A stretch of 64,000 nt of DNA, from the NCBI RefSeq assembly GCF_037042905.1, contig NC_087247.1:37076001-37140000 (forward strand). Direction: 5' to 3'. Every line of letters begins with the position of its first letter. The first letter of the stretch is position 1. Positions 8,957 through 22,965 of the stretch are shown here, in pieces. The stretch comes from Lytechinus pictus (Eukaryota). The translations under genes were made by a program, and so were the position numbers. The notes under the pieces are model-generated. The model was not told where the DNA came from and did not search any database. It saw only the letters and a program-made list of their open reading frames with translations.

Positions 8957-9954
8957 CTGTAAACAAAGAAAATAGAAAATGAATAATTTGTATGGTTATT
9001 CACGAGGTTGTTAAGCCTCACTTTGAGATAGAATGAATGCTTGGAAATATGTAAACGGAAGGCTAAAATTTGAAGTCATCTACAAGATCTATACAATGTA
9101 AATCAAAAGTTGACAATCAATCTTATGCTTGTTATCAATCACAGATTTTATAGCAAACATTGTACTTAGAGTTACAATTGATTGTAATTTTCTTTACTTG
9201 TATATATCTTATTGATTAAAGAGTAGGAATAATAAGGATTTGTGCCGTTACCACTAACGGCTCACTTTAAATCATGTTTAACTTCAGACCAATGTTTTAT
9301 CAAATTAGTATTTTGATCTATAGCTCAATTGGTACAATAATCACGAAAAAAAATTAAGAACTACATGTTAATATCATGTATTGTAGTACATCAAGTCAGA
9401 TCTACATTTGAATCATACTTATTTCAAAATACATCCATCCTTAACATCATCAAAAGAAAACAAGGAATAGAATGCTTGTTTGGTGTTTTTCCAATGATTT
9501 CTATTTCCCTGTGGACATAAACATTAACCCTAACAATAATGGCAGATTATTGTGTGTTTTCATGGGAATTCAACATTATTTGGATATAAAGTCACCCAGA
9601 GTATAACCACATTCATGACCAGCAGACGTTAGGTAATGCCACTGGATATTGCCTATGTATTGTTGAATTTGTTGTTTTTCCTGATCTGACAGTTGACCAA
9701 GGCTAAGCAAAATTTGTCAAAGAATTATCAATGGAATACAAAGTTTGCTTTCCTCCAAAGATGTATCCGATACAGGCATTCCCAGTGCTTTTCACAAAGT
9801 CAGGGATCAGCAAATAATTATCCATTCCCAATCAAAGCTGATGCCCATCTGACTTTAAAATACTAGAGCTTTTCCCTTGATAAAAAATTGTAGATACAAG
9901 TATAAAACAGGATGTTGAGTTCTGAAAATAATGCTCATTATAACATTTACTTAC

Positions 9955-10050
9955 CAAGATAATTATCATCCTCAGCTCTTCCATTAAAAGAATACTGTTT
10001 AATTTCAATTTTTGTTGATCCTGATGGTATAGTAATTATTTTTGTATATC
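9955..10050 (-). CDS. ADAMTS9: ADAMTS9/20-like exon, 96 nt: YTKIITIPSGSTKIEIKQYSFNGRAEDDNYL, spacer domain
   Basis: tttcag|GA...CTTG|gtaagt; translated by hand. Confidence 0.94.
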
Positions 10051-10724
10051 CTGAAAGAGAAAAAAAATAAAAAGTTGGATTCATTCATATCTGAGCAATA
10101 TCGTGCTATGCAACAAAAGACAAAAGTCCAAGCTCATTCAGTTAGTTTGGAATAGCTTTTCATCATCATCATCTCAACTTTTTTTTTTCAATCTCAACTT
10201 AATATATGATTTTCCTTTCCAATCCAGACAGGGCTAGACTGTGTCTCCTTATTAATAAGATACAAAATATATTTATAAATCTATGTGATGAGTATGAGTG
10301 ATGAAAAACCATATTCAAACGTGATCAATCCATTATCTCCTTTGTCGCAGAGAGAAAAGGCCTAAAATCTATAGAAAGTGTACACTGCTTGAATTCTGGG
10401 CAATGTTATGTAAATATTGCATTCAACGTTGACGTTGACAGGGAAACTTCCATGAGAGAAGATGTATGTTATTGTGGTAATTGATGGAAGAGTTGGGACT
10501 AGTTTTCTGAATAGAGGCCCTGTCATACTTTAAATACAAACAAGAAGGCACTACTGTATCACGTAATAATTTCAAGTTAGTTCAATCACATTTTATATGT
10601 TACGAAAATTAAATGACTAGCATTAATAGAGATTACCAGTCACTGCTTATAGGCATAGTCCATGTCCATGTCCTTAGCTAACACAAAATAGTTGAGTGTA
10701 ACAATATGTCTTCTGATGACTTAC

Positions 10725-10842
10725 CATGTCTAACATGATTATAAGTTCTTTTTTCCCTCCTACATGCTGAGTTATCTCCCCCACACACTCCGCATTCATC
10801 TCGCTTGGTGTTGGAGCTCAGTATATGATCACATCCAGCTTG
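10725..10842 (-). CDS. ADAMTS9: ADAMTS9/20-like exon, 118 nt: QAGCDHILSSNTKRDECGVCGGDNSACRREKRTYNHVRHG
   Basis: tttcag|CAA...CATG|gtaagt; CGVCGGDNS motif. Confidence 0.95.
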
Positions 10843-10893
10843 CTGAAAGTATTGGAACACATCAGATTTTGGAGTCATTAAAATGTTGATATA

Positions 10894-11193
10894 GGCCCAT
10901 ATTCTGAAGTCAGGTTTAACTTAGACCATGGTCTAACTCTGTGCTAAAATTAAGGGGAGCCAAAAACTCAAAAATTCTGCTTATATTGTATATTCCTTAT
11001 ATTTACAATTTTTTTCCCTTTGTTTTTTATGATGAAAAAAATATTTCAGTTATCATTATGAGACAGTTACAAATAATCTTAGTTACAAATGATTTGAGTG
11101 TAATAAATTGAACATGTACTAACAGAGATTTGTGCCCCAATTGGCTCTCCATAGTTAAACTACAACTTTAAACCAGAGTTCGGAATATGGGCC
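10894..11193. mobile_element. PIF/Harbinger-like MITE, 300 bp
   Basis: TIRs GGCCCATATTCTGAAGTCAGGTTTAA / TTAAACCAGAGTTCGGAATATGGGCC; 3-bp ATA duplication at 10891-10893 and 11194-11196. Confidence 0.85.
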
Positions 11194-11603
11194 ATAGAGT
11201 TTATATACGAATTATAATAATTATCTTATTATCCTTAATATTCAAATAGAACATCAAAGCATATAACTTATGTTCATGAAATAAAACACTGTTCTGTACT
11301 GTTCTGTAATGTTCATTAGTTTTATCTTTCTTCGTTTTTCTTCATATAAAGACATACATGTACTTTATGAGATCTCATGATACCATTATTATTGTAATTA
11401 CTCATCAACATTTATTATTGAAATACATTTAAGAAATTTAAGGTTAGCTAGTGCCTCAGGTAAAACCAGAGGAACATCTGGAAGACAACCAGAGTTGGTG
11501 GAAATTGAGATCCTTCATTGATACCTTGTATGTCCGGTAAGTAGGAAAGTAAATAATAAAGAAAGAAAGCAAGTAAGAGTAAACAAACATAAATAAAACT
11601 TAC

Positions 11604-11740
11604 CCTACATTGTCCTTGCACACATATATCATCTGTATCAGGATCACATTTAGTCCCATCTATAACCTTTTTCTTTAGTTCATAGTATGCACTGGATTGG
11701 CTCACTCGACAATAAAGTTTACACCTGTCATGGAGTTGAA
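11604..11740 (-). CDS. ADAMTS9: ADAMTS9/20-like exon, 137 nt: [46 protein letters not shown]
   Basis: ttgtag|TT...AGG|gtaagt; Cys-rich domain. Confidence 0.95.
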
Positions 11741-14700
11741 CTACAAATAAAAGAAGAAAAAAAAGAATACATGATTAGATAAATTTGATGACATGTTATT
11801 CTTAATCAATATAATATGATGGTGTAAGAATAACAACTCTGGATACAAAAGAGACATATCAAATAGGGAAAAAATAGGGAACAAGACGTATAAAAAATCT
11901 TGCATTTTGATTCTGTGGAATTATTTCTATTAAACCTTAAGTGTTATGGACAGAAAAAGGGTAAAAGACAACCACAAGAACAATATGTTTCCTATAGTAC
12001 CCAGTTATGGTATCAAATTTTTATATCTCGCAGCAAAGGGGCATAAAATTTTAACCATAAAAAAACGAAATATCCTACTGGAACAAAAAAATCAGAAAAC
12101 TAGAAAAACATTTTGCAGCATATGAAACTTGTCTTTGACACTCTATTCAATTCATGTCTACATCACTTTTACGATGACCTTCGTGACCTTAACCAAAAGG
12201 TCACAAACAATCTAAGTTGTTCTCTTGAACAGCAGCGTTGGATGTTTCTGTCAACAAGGAAACTAAACAATTCTTGCAAAATGACTAGCTTCCCCCTTTT
12301 TTTCTATATTTGGTATGCCCACACATATTAAATAGTAAACAAATGCAGCAAACTATGAAAATCAGTGACTTTTACTAAGGACCCTTGGTACAAATAACCC
12401 ATTACAAAAGACACCTGTTCAGTTTAAGTTCATATTGCATTACGGGTGCATTCAGACAGCTTTATACAGAGAGTGTACAGTCTGACAAATCAATGCTGCT
12501 TTCTCTTGTGGTTTCTGATTTATAGAAATTCTGCTGGGCTTCAGTTCTATTTTTTTATTTAAAAATCCATACTCCCTTTCAAGTTCTCTGATTTATCACT
12601 TTCATTACTCAGTTTGCTCATTTATTTGGTTTGTTCATTTAATATATGATTCATATCAGAGGAATTATGAACAGGTTAATAATTTTTCTTAATTTTCTTG
12701 CAATTACTATTATTTCATTGACATCCCATCCATGTTCAATACAACTTAGGGTTCGAGTCAAAAAGTAAAGTTATCTTCTTTTAAATCACTTTATATTCTG
12801 CATCAACCAAGGATATACTTATACAATTTTTAGAATAGATCTCTGGAGCCCTAAATACTTTGTTTAAAATCAACTGGCAGTGCAAAAATCAATTAATTGA
12901 CCATTCTTTGATTTAATCTAAAGAGATATGCTTATCCACATAAATGTATTCCTGATCACTTTATATACTCCACTTTCCATCCGACTGATCAACAAGTGTG
13001 AAAAGCCTCATCAGACATGCCACACAAGACCTGCTCCTGATTCTACAGTTCAACAGCCCCCACAGGATGGAAGAAAACAAGTCTACTTGAAGTAAAAACT
13101 ATTCTTGAGAAGGTGAAGATGTTGATGCCAAGGTTTAATGACATGTAACACATGTTTTCCTCTACTGTTTCATCGACTGGGGCCTCCCTCATTGTATATG
13201 TACTCAATGATTCCTATTCCCATAATGCTCTTTGACTTTCCAATTCCATTTTCGGTTTCTTGTCTTCAATGATTTGAAGGCCTTTTCTTTGGTGTGTAGG
13301 TAGCTGACTGTCTTGGGGGAAATAATGTGGAAGCTCCGCAATGTGACAATACCATGTTAAGGTGGAAAACATTAAATTTCTGTATAATGACGTGGGCGAA
13401 ATGTGATGATGAAGGACTAACAGTCCTACATGAATTTTATCAATTCATTTTTCTTGACGAATAACAGGTGTTCCTTTCTTGATTAGCTATTCAATTCAGT
13501 TAAGTGTCACAAAGGCATTAATGCTATGTTCACTAAACCTTTTGGGGGTTATGAGTCATGTAGGTTTCAAAATAGCTGTATTTAAGGAAAACATTTGTTG
13601 CTCAGATGGGGCAGGAATCATGAATCATCTCATTTCTAGTGCCCTGTGATTATTTAAAATCAATTGTAACTATAAAGTCTCTATCAACTCCTGTTAGATT
13701 ACATCTTTCTTATCAATATCGAAGTTGTTTTCAATCATTTACCACCCTTGCGAGGCCCAAGACTCTAGATATTCATGAGACTGTCTATACAGTCATTTTC
13801 AAACCATTTTTCACAAATTGTCTTCTCAACAAGGAAGGACTATACCCCTCGCCTTGATACTCTATACCATCACTGTATTCACACCCAAGCCTGACTAATC
13901 CCTGAAACAGTAAGCGATTAAGTGCCAAGGATAATATGACAGGAAAAATTGATCACCAAAACCATTTTAGGCAACTTAATCTTTGTTCTTAGTCGACAGT
14001 GTCAAGACCAATCTCCTTTGATACTGTAAGTACTGAAGAACCGATAACAATAATCTGTCCTTTTTGAAGTGCTATCATGACAAGGCTGTCTAGATCCATT
14101 AATCCTGAACGATGCTTCACTCTCCTCATTAAAGCAAAAGAAGAGAAGTTCCACTGAGCTTTAATTTTGAAAGATTCTTTTTCATATAATTGTAGATCTA
14201 GATCTTGTAAGTTATGATTATGCAAGCCAAAACCTTGTAAACTAATACTAATTAAAGCTAACTGCAAAGACGTCTGAAAATCACAAAAACAGTAAAATGC
14301 GCTTCGGTAAGTGTATTTTGGTGTGAAAGAAAAATCCTGTCTAGTCAGAGAATATGATTTTTAACCAGTTAATGAGCAATTAACCTTTTTCTTTATGAAT
14401 CATCTAGCACATAATTTCTCCTCCTACATCATATGGCATATAAAGTACTCCTTTAGAAATCTGATTAATTGATAGAATTAAAAAAAATATGAATCATTAT
14501 CATTCTTCTTTTCCTTCAAAATGATTATTTTTTCAAAAGAAATCTATAATGCTGTTACTGAAGCATTTCCAGGGGTGATATGAAGTAGTTGAAGAGAGTA
14601 AAAAAAGAAACTTGACATCATTGAACTCAGTAACATTACAGTGTAATGTCATTTCACTAAACCCTGTTTTTTGTTAAATTTATCATAACATATCCTGTAT

Positions 14701-15594
14701 GTGAATAAACTTCCTCCACTTCAGAAAGACTAAAAACAGCATTTTCTCAGTCCAAACAGGCAGTGGAGCATTTCAATAGTGGGGCATGTTGTCCTGCCGA
14801 TGGCAAAGGAAGGGGATAAAGATAATATGTCCACAGCAGAACATTCACAGCACATAACTTGTCAATCAATCATACCCAATTATGAGTGATCTCCGAAAAT
14901 CATAAACGTTTCCTGAGAAAAAGAGCCAATCACACCCTGACAAAATGTGTCATTGTCCTTGAGATTGTTGTGCTGAGGATCATCTCCTAACGAAATATGA
15001 AAACATTGCCCTGTCATACAAGGAAGAGGCCTAGCTCTCCTTTAAAAGGTTTGGTGAGTTAGCAGAAACTGTTCTCTGATCTACATCATTCATATCGCTT
15101 TAGTAATGAAATAGTCACCAAATTAAACATTTGTCTAAACCAACACAAATCGGACACAATGTTGAATGAAAGGTAAAAACATATCTCTGAATGACTTTCA
15201 CAAAACGTGAAGATCTTCTTAATTTTATTCTTAAAGATGCCCTTAATCCCATTGACTATGAATACATTTCAAATTCCCTCATGGTTTTCAATCCATGTAA
15301 AAAATGAACATCATTGTTCTAACATCTACAAAATATCATACTGAAGAAAAGGAAAAATGCTCTGTAATTCCACTTTAAGTATTATACATTATATTATTCC
15401 AACAGTTTTGTCAAAGCTCCACTGTGAACATGAGTCACTGAGGCATAATGAATTACTGGAAGTTAATCAAACCCCTCGGCAAATAACAGAATGAGAGCAT
15501 ACCAAATAGCCCATTTGACATCACTTTCAGTGACTACATTTATTTCATGATTGTTAAGGTTTTAATTGAAGAAATGGTTGATTCAAGCATTTAC

Positions 15595-15712
15595 CTCCTT
15601 CATATTTAGGTACCCATCTGACATTGGGAGGAACACCACTGATAGGAGGATTACGACCATTGAACTCTGAACATTGCTTCTCTCGGAAATCTTGAGAACC
15701 TTCTGGACAATC
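15595..15712 (-). CDS. ADAMTS9: ADAMTS9/20-like exon, 118 nt: DCPEGSQDFREKQCSEFNGRNPPISGVPPNVRWVPKYEG
   Basis: ttttag|GAT...GGAG|gtaaat; start of the Cys-rich domain (DFRxxQC, VRWVPKY); translated by hand. Confidence 0.94.
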
Positions 15713-16056
15713 CTAAAAAGGGGGAAAATGGAATGAAAGTAAACATATATTATCACTAAAATATATACAGAAAAAATACTAAATACATAAAAGCAATAGC
15801 TTAATCAGTTTTAATATTCAAAAGATTTAAACAGTTGCCCCTTCATTCTTTGTCACTGTTGAATAGTCACTGAGTAATGCTAATATTATCCTAAAAAGCA
15901 ATTCCATAGCAAATGAAATAGTGACAAAGTATGGATCTCCTATTCTTAGATCTGTCACTCAACATATGAGAGACAATTAAAATGAAACTTTTGGTGATCA
16001 TTTCTCTCGTCACAGTCTGTCTTCCATATTCTGTATCAATTCCTTGAACCATATAC

Positions 16057-16266
16057 CTGTGTGTTACAAGACCTGAATCGTAGCCTTCGTCCAATGCAGT
16101 ATTTCCCTCCATTAGCTGGGGCAGGGTTATCACAATTCCTCATGGCCTCTTTGACCCCGCCTTCACAAGTCCTGGAACACTCGCTATACTCGCCCCACTT
16201 GCCCCACTGGCCATCCACTATCTCTGTGTATTGATCCCTCTCTCGACACTCACCATGGGTGCACCA
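16057..16266 (-). CDS. ADAMTS9: ADAMTS9/20-like exon, 210 nt: WCTHGECRERDQYTEIVDGQWGKWGEYSECSRTCEGGVKEAMRNCDNPAPANGGKYCIGRRLRFRSCNTQ, central TSR
   Basis: ttacag|TGG...CAG|gtatat; WxxW and CSRTC thrombospondin type-1 motifs. Confidence 0.95.
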
Positions 16267-17510
16267 CTGTAAGATTTTTAAAAAGAAAGGTTACAAAGAT
16301 GACTTTTATTCAGTTTCTAATTCTAGTTCTCAATGGTTATGAAATAAATCATTTAAATATAGAATGCACCTTATAAACTACTCATTTATATACCTGACAC
16401 ATAAGATATCAGATCATTAAGTTCTCGACATGAAATATCTTTGCCATGGAAGAAGAAGAAGCAAAGTAAAAGGTGGATGAGAGTATGAGTGTGGGATTAA
16501 AGAAGGGGGGTACAATGAATAGAAACAAATGAAAATACAGGGGTACAAGTAATTCCTGTGGAGGAGAGGGGGGGGGGGGTAAGTCAGGTAACCCCAAACA
16601 TTTTGTACTAAACAAGATTAAAACCTGGTTAACATTACTTTTAATTCTTTTTAATGATATTATTCTAACTGAACTGTTGGTACAGCTTCAATTCTTCTTG
16701 TATACATTTGATAGATTGTGATGACATGAGGTGTCATCACAGCTCAGATAAAGGCAATGTAATTTGGTCCCTATACTATAGAATCATCATCTGACCCCTC
16801 AACAACACCAGTCTATGTGCTAAACATTACTAAAAATTGTTACACAAGTATAAATAATGTTTGACATGTCTAGACCGACAGTTCTCATACTGTTTCACAT
16901 TGCTACTTTTGAACCCTGCACAAGGTCAAAGGTTAAATCAAGAGTCAATATCCCCATGAGCCTGAGATGGTCACAGCTGATTTGAGGTAGACAATTCCTC
17001 CTCTATCTTCTGAAAACATTGATCCAGGAGTGGAGAAGTCCCCTTAGGAGCATGCTTTCGACTATTAAGTGATGGGCCTATTTGATGGCAAATTAACATT
17101 CTCACTGTTTTAATGGTATCTTCATCATCCATTTAAAATGGTAATGGAATACCGGAGGGCACTTATTATGAGTGACTGATTTGGTGGGTTACCATGGATA
17201 CATGGATATACAGTAAAGCATTCCATATTCCTGTGTTTCCTAGTGATGTGGAAACTTTTTATCTAAATTCGATCTTAATTGATTTAACTGATAGTACCAA
17301 TGATACAAACCATTTTTTTGTATTTTAAAATAAAATTAGTACCATTAAATTAATATCAAACCAACATTTCTGAAACAATCTCCTACCTACATTCTGTTAC
17401 CAAAAAGTAACAAATTAATTTCTAATCATTATTTCTATCCATCAAGTTTAGTTTTTAATGTCATATCTGAGGTTGATCCATTTGAATTCTATTAGTACGT
17501 TCACACTTAC

Positions 17511-17618
17511 ATGATGGCTGCCACAAGGTGTACCATCTGCCCATGGCATGTGCTGTGTTCGGCACCCAGTCTGAACACCTCTTGAGTATCCAGTACACCA
17601 CAGCCTCTTACATGTTCT
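17511..17618 (-). CDS. ADAMTS9: ADAMTS9/20-like exon, 108 nt: [36 protein letters not shown]
   Basis: ttccag|AGA...CAT|gtaagt; disintegrin-like domain. Confidence 0.94.
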
Positions 17619-20600
17619 CTGGAATTTAAATAAAGAAAGTGCATAGAGTAAGAATAATATCATAGTTGATATCTTGCTTCAACTATTACCATAAGGAAAC
17701 ATACTTACCAGTATGATTGAATGATAATTAGTCATTATGTTAGTCTTTTCATGTGCATGATCTGTGCAGCTAAAAGCATTTATAAGGAAATTGTTCAATG
17801 AAAAGAAAAAAATTGAATCCATTTGGCATTGACTGCTATATAAAATGAAAAGTATGATCACATGTCTGAAGATTGTGTGAATGATGAGTTCTATCTGGTT
17901 TTAAATGAATGTACGTGTAGTTTACAATGAAAATGTCTCTCAGTAGAAAATTAAGATCTTTTTCTTCCTTTCCCTTAATACTTTCCATTATCTTTATTTT
18001 GTAGTCCAGAATGCGAAAGTGAATTACTGTGTAGAGTTCCAACCATCTTTTGCTTTCAACACAAGTCATTACAAACATTGCTTTCTCAAATTTGACTGTC
18101 AGCTCACAAAATTGGGTGAATTACAGTCCTGCCAAAGATAAATACCAAGAAATTGGGTCTGATATAGACCAGCATTGTCTTGGGGTAAATAGGACCTAAA
18201 GTGCTTCTATCATTACTGTCAATTCAAGTTTCAGGATTCTTCTTTTGAAAAACTCCACATTGCATCAGCAGGGATAGGGACATCCTTCTAAAAAATTGAT
18301 GCCAAACTTGGCCAGATGTCATCTCTGATGCCTCAGGCTGAGTGAGATTGATTAATGTGCCATTTACTCTGCTATAATTTGGAAATTTTAGCTATCGTTT
18401 CTTAAAGTTTTCCCATTTTCCAGGAGAGTGACAGTGAATTGGAGAAAGCAACCAAGATCATGGAGATTACAAGAGTGCCAAAAGGTCAATGACCTCAAGC
18501 CAATCAGGTCCCTCCTGAATTGTGGGTAAGGTCAACCTAAGGTCATCTAATCACTTGTTACCCACAATTCCTGTGTGTATTGGAAAATTGTTGCAGCAAT
18601 TTGCACATTTCCTGAGCTAGAGTCGTATTTTTGGAGGAAAGGGGAAAAGAATGGTATTTAGGTAGGCTTGTACATCAATTGCTTTTTGTTCTAGTTGCTC
18701 AAACAAGTTTTATAAATGGAATGCAGGTAATAGTATACAGCAACAATTGAACATTTAAACCTAAAACTCAATCAATTTCATTAATATTTCATCAAACCAT
18801 GCTACTTTTCTGGCTATATTTGATCTGTATTATAGATCTTGATTTTTAAAAGTTGTAGTCCTTCTTCAGAAATGTCAACCTAGTTCTAGGACAATGGACA
18901 ATAACCCTGAATTCGTGTAGTTTTAAAAAACACAGATGTCTCACAAAGATCTTAAACCATGAGATGAAAGCCATTTTAAACTACAAGAAAACAGTGGAAC
19001 AGAGTTTCATCATGCACCAGCATTCTTCATTTCTTGACGTTTGTCTTCATCTTAGGTCTCCAGAACATGTTAAGTATGTGAAATATAAACTTGAATGTGA
19101 AAATCTGAAAACAGATTAGTCTCCAAAACAAGCAGACAAGCACTTTAGATCTCTGGATCAGCATCTATTCCTCACCCACCATTGGAGAATAGAAAGTAGA
19201 TTAGGTGTAAACAATGTCTTCCCATCTCACATTACTAAAGAGGAAAATGTTGTAGTGACTCACTCATAGATAGTGAAACATAAGATCAAGTGATGATTAC
19301 TTTCCTATCACATTCAAGAGATTGACTGTCTTGGTTTCCATGGCAACAATGTTATGAACACCCTCACTTCCCTTACTCCTTGAAGGTAGGATACCAAATG
19401 ACAACAATCTTGAAAGAGAATTTAGAGGCATTTTGATGGATGTATGGACATTTCCTGCCCTTTTGTTATTTGACCACAAAGTGACATGGAACAGAATCTC
19501 ACTTTGGGGACAAGACAGATGAGTAATCTTCCAGTGTAATCATCCATTATCAGTAAGAAGCAAATTTAAAATATTAAAAAGTAACTTAAACGTTTTTCTC
19601 ATATAAGAATAAAACACTTGAAAATAAAACCTTCCTGTTTATTCTTGATACTACATGTATTTCATCATTCTTGGGTGGGACAATTTCACAATGATGAAAA
19701 TGATTAATGTGCTAGAAAAAAAGAAAGACGAAACCTGTAGCTTGAAGAACGATACATAAAAAAAATAGAATAAGAGCAAGTTGGACACAGCAAAAGGAGA
19801 GTATAGAGCGGTGGGAAGGAAGATATGTGAAAAAGAAAGATCCATCAAAATTAAATAACATCTATCATAATTCCACTACAAATAGAAGGGAGGGTAATTA
19901 TTATCAATTGCTACATGAACAAAATGTGTCATTTTAGGTACAGGGGAAGAAAAATTGGGCACTTAGAAAGCTAATCATTACCAATCAAGCAAAACCACAT
20001 AACAATCAGCATTCATCATTCAAAAGAAATGCACAAATTCTCCATGACACAAACAGTACTTTTACCATCAATTACCAATGAAAGGAGACACCTCATTGAG
20101 TGCTGTATTCTATAACTGTCACATGGAACATGGTTTCTGAGGGATCATTAGTACCTTGACAGGACACTCCATCAAAGTTTGGGGTTTTTAAGAAGATTGG
20201 GGAAACTCCTCTCACTTGTACAGCATCTTAGTATGTGTTCCCATAATTTTTTAATGATAGAATCATATTCATGAATCACAAATTAAAGCACAGATACAAA
20301 CATGGCTACTACCCAGTTAGCATTCAAGTGAATTTTCATCAAAGCTTATTCTTCCTCATGCATTTCAACTCCAGCTGCTGCTCAATATGAAGCACAAAGC
20401 ATTTGTCAACTTGGAGTGAACGCCATGCATTTACGAACTGAAAGAAGGCCATTAGAGTAATAACATTACTAATATCATATCATAACTGAGATCTCTGTTG
20501 TGTTCAAACTTTTAACAACTGCATTTCCACAAAATCCTGCAACAAATGGCATATCTTTGATTTTAAATGATATAAAATTGCTTGAACATAGACAATTTTT

Positions 20601-22917
20601 TCTGAACATCTTTAAAAACCTAGGTTTCGGTGTAAAATGGTGTAAATTGAATGCAACTATATACATTCAACTCCCAAGATTCCAAGAACATAAAAATCCT
20701 ATTCTACTTCATTTAATTGTGATGCCTACCTACCCGTCAAACCAAAACTATTGTTTGATATGGAAAAGTTATCAATCAAAAAGGTTTTTTATGGAGCATT
20801 GTTTCATCCTTATTTGATTCTTCCAGAGAACTTTGGGTGAGGGAGGGGTTTACTGGAGGTCAAGTAATCCTAATAGAGATTGATTTATGTCATGAATGTA
20901 CTTTTATGATGTAAATCACAGTGACTAAATATGTGAAATATAGAATCAAAGGGGAGCTGTTGGTTGCAGAACAAACATCTAATATATAGATTAAACCATG
21001 GAGGTAACTTCTTTACCTCCATGATAAAAGCTATTCTTTCTTTTCTTACAGTTTATGAATGAGTTGTGGTAGCTAAAGGATAAAATTTGTTTATCAATAT
21101 TTTATAAATTGTCTCACATTATCTAGATTCAATGAATACATTAATCTGAGCCATCATTTGACAACACATCCATTTGTTTTTCTTCTCATCTCTTTGTAAA
21201 ATCAGTATTGTTTAGATTCCAATTTGTTGTTTTATCTAGCACATTTTGATTTTGTATATATTGTACAATGTATTCTCCAATAATTTCTGCAAGCAGTTCC
21301 CCCACATACAATGTGCTCATGGATCTCCTACATTTGCAAGAAAAACAGTTTCATTTGTTATACAGCATCAGCGTCTCTGGTACGATACCCACATAGGCCT
21401 ACACTTCATGTAGTTAAATTATTTTCAAACCAGATTCCTTCAACTAAATGTCACTTGTATTTGATATGAGGATCTAATATTATATATGTAGTCATTTTCA
21501 TTCTTGCTGACAAAGCAGTTAAATATCAAAGCACCCATTATCCCACTTCAGGGTACATATACACGGTCTGTAACATTTTCTTCTTTTTTTTCATTTTGTC
21601 TTGCACACAAAACTGCTTAATCCAATTTCATTTGATCCACTTTCTTCTTTCTCCAATAGCAGAAAGAAAAAAGAGAACTGTGTTGAGCAATTACTAGAAA
21701 GTGGAATATTGCGACTGATTGAATCAGGTATGAATGTATAATGACATAACCTACATCGACAATGAAGAGAATTGGGTCTGACTCAAAAGGTACAACATTC
21801 AAGACCCTGAAGCAGTTTCAAGGGTTTACATTCTTCTACTTCACTCTGATTCTTTACCCCTCTCATTTCTCCATCTTTTCTCTGGCTTCCGCCTGGTCTG
21901 TTTCTTTCTATGGACCTACCAGATCTTAACCCCTCTTCTTACCGCCATGTCAATATTTGGACAATCATGATAAAAGTCTCTCTGCATTTCATCAAACTGG
22001 ATTTCATATCATGTCCAGTATTCATGTTTGTTTGAGGGAGATACATGTGAGTATCCTGAGGTCATAAGAGCAAGCTGGAATGTGTGCATCAAATAATATT
22101 AGATATACAAGTAAGGTATGTACAAGATCATGGCCTTGAGGGATGTAGCAAGAAAAATATTTGCTATCTTTTACAATTTCATAATTGATAGTTCACTTGT
22201 AACAATAAATTCATCTTTTCTGTTGCAAAATGCAGAAATCAATATCATGATTTGATTATAAGGAATAAATTGACTTGAATATGATTGTAACTTTCATGAA
22301 AATTCCCCCCTCAGACAGACTAATACTTCTCCTGCATCTACGGTGACTAGTACAAGATGGAGGAATCCCCTGTCTTGGTTAATGCTTTGAAAGCAGACTT
22401 TGGGGGTCGTCGCTGTTATTTCATCTGCAAATCTTCATTTGATAAATTGTGAAACTGATAGGAAATTGTGAAAAGTTTGAAATGGGGATCAAAGGATGAT
22501 CGCTGCAAGTTCACAGACTAAACTGTGACAGCAATAAGGTGGTCTATGAATACTAGTGCACTTTACTTGCATGCTTATTGCTTCCACTATGTAACCTATG
22601 TTCATTGCTGATGTACCTGATGTACAATGAGTTATCGCCTTGGCTGGGTGCTAGATAAATGATCTGAACCACATGGGGTTTGTTTAGGTAGTACCATACA
22701 AAGAGTCACCCATACTCCATAAAAGTCACATTAAATAACAACAGAGATGAATAAATGAAAATATTAGCATAAATATGAGAAGGGGTATCAATCATAGGAG
22801 TTTCCCCCCAACTTAGAGATACATTCATTCCTGCCACAAGCTCTACTTGAACTTTCTATCCCTTGATAATACAAACTTTCTTGCCTCATCTGCCTCAAAA
22901 TTTGTATTATATCACCA

Positions 22918-22965
22918 TCATCATCATCATCATCATCACCACCACCACCATCAATGTCATCATCA
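22918..22965. repeat. (CAT)n/(CAC)n microsatellite
   Basis: Seen directly; source of the poly-Asp/Gly in spurious ORF 22788..22994. Confidence 0.9.

Noticed and set aside
13400-13436. Hammerhead-ribozyme-like TGATGA-AGGACT-AAC-AGTCCT
   Set aside because: The core lacks the C of CUGANGA and the GAAA; no stems I or III found.
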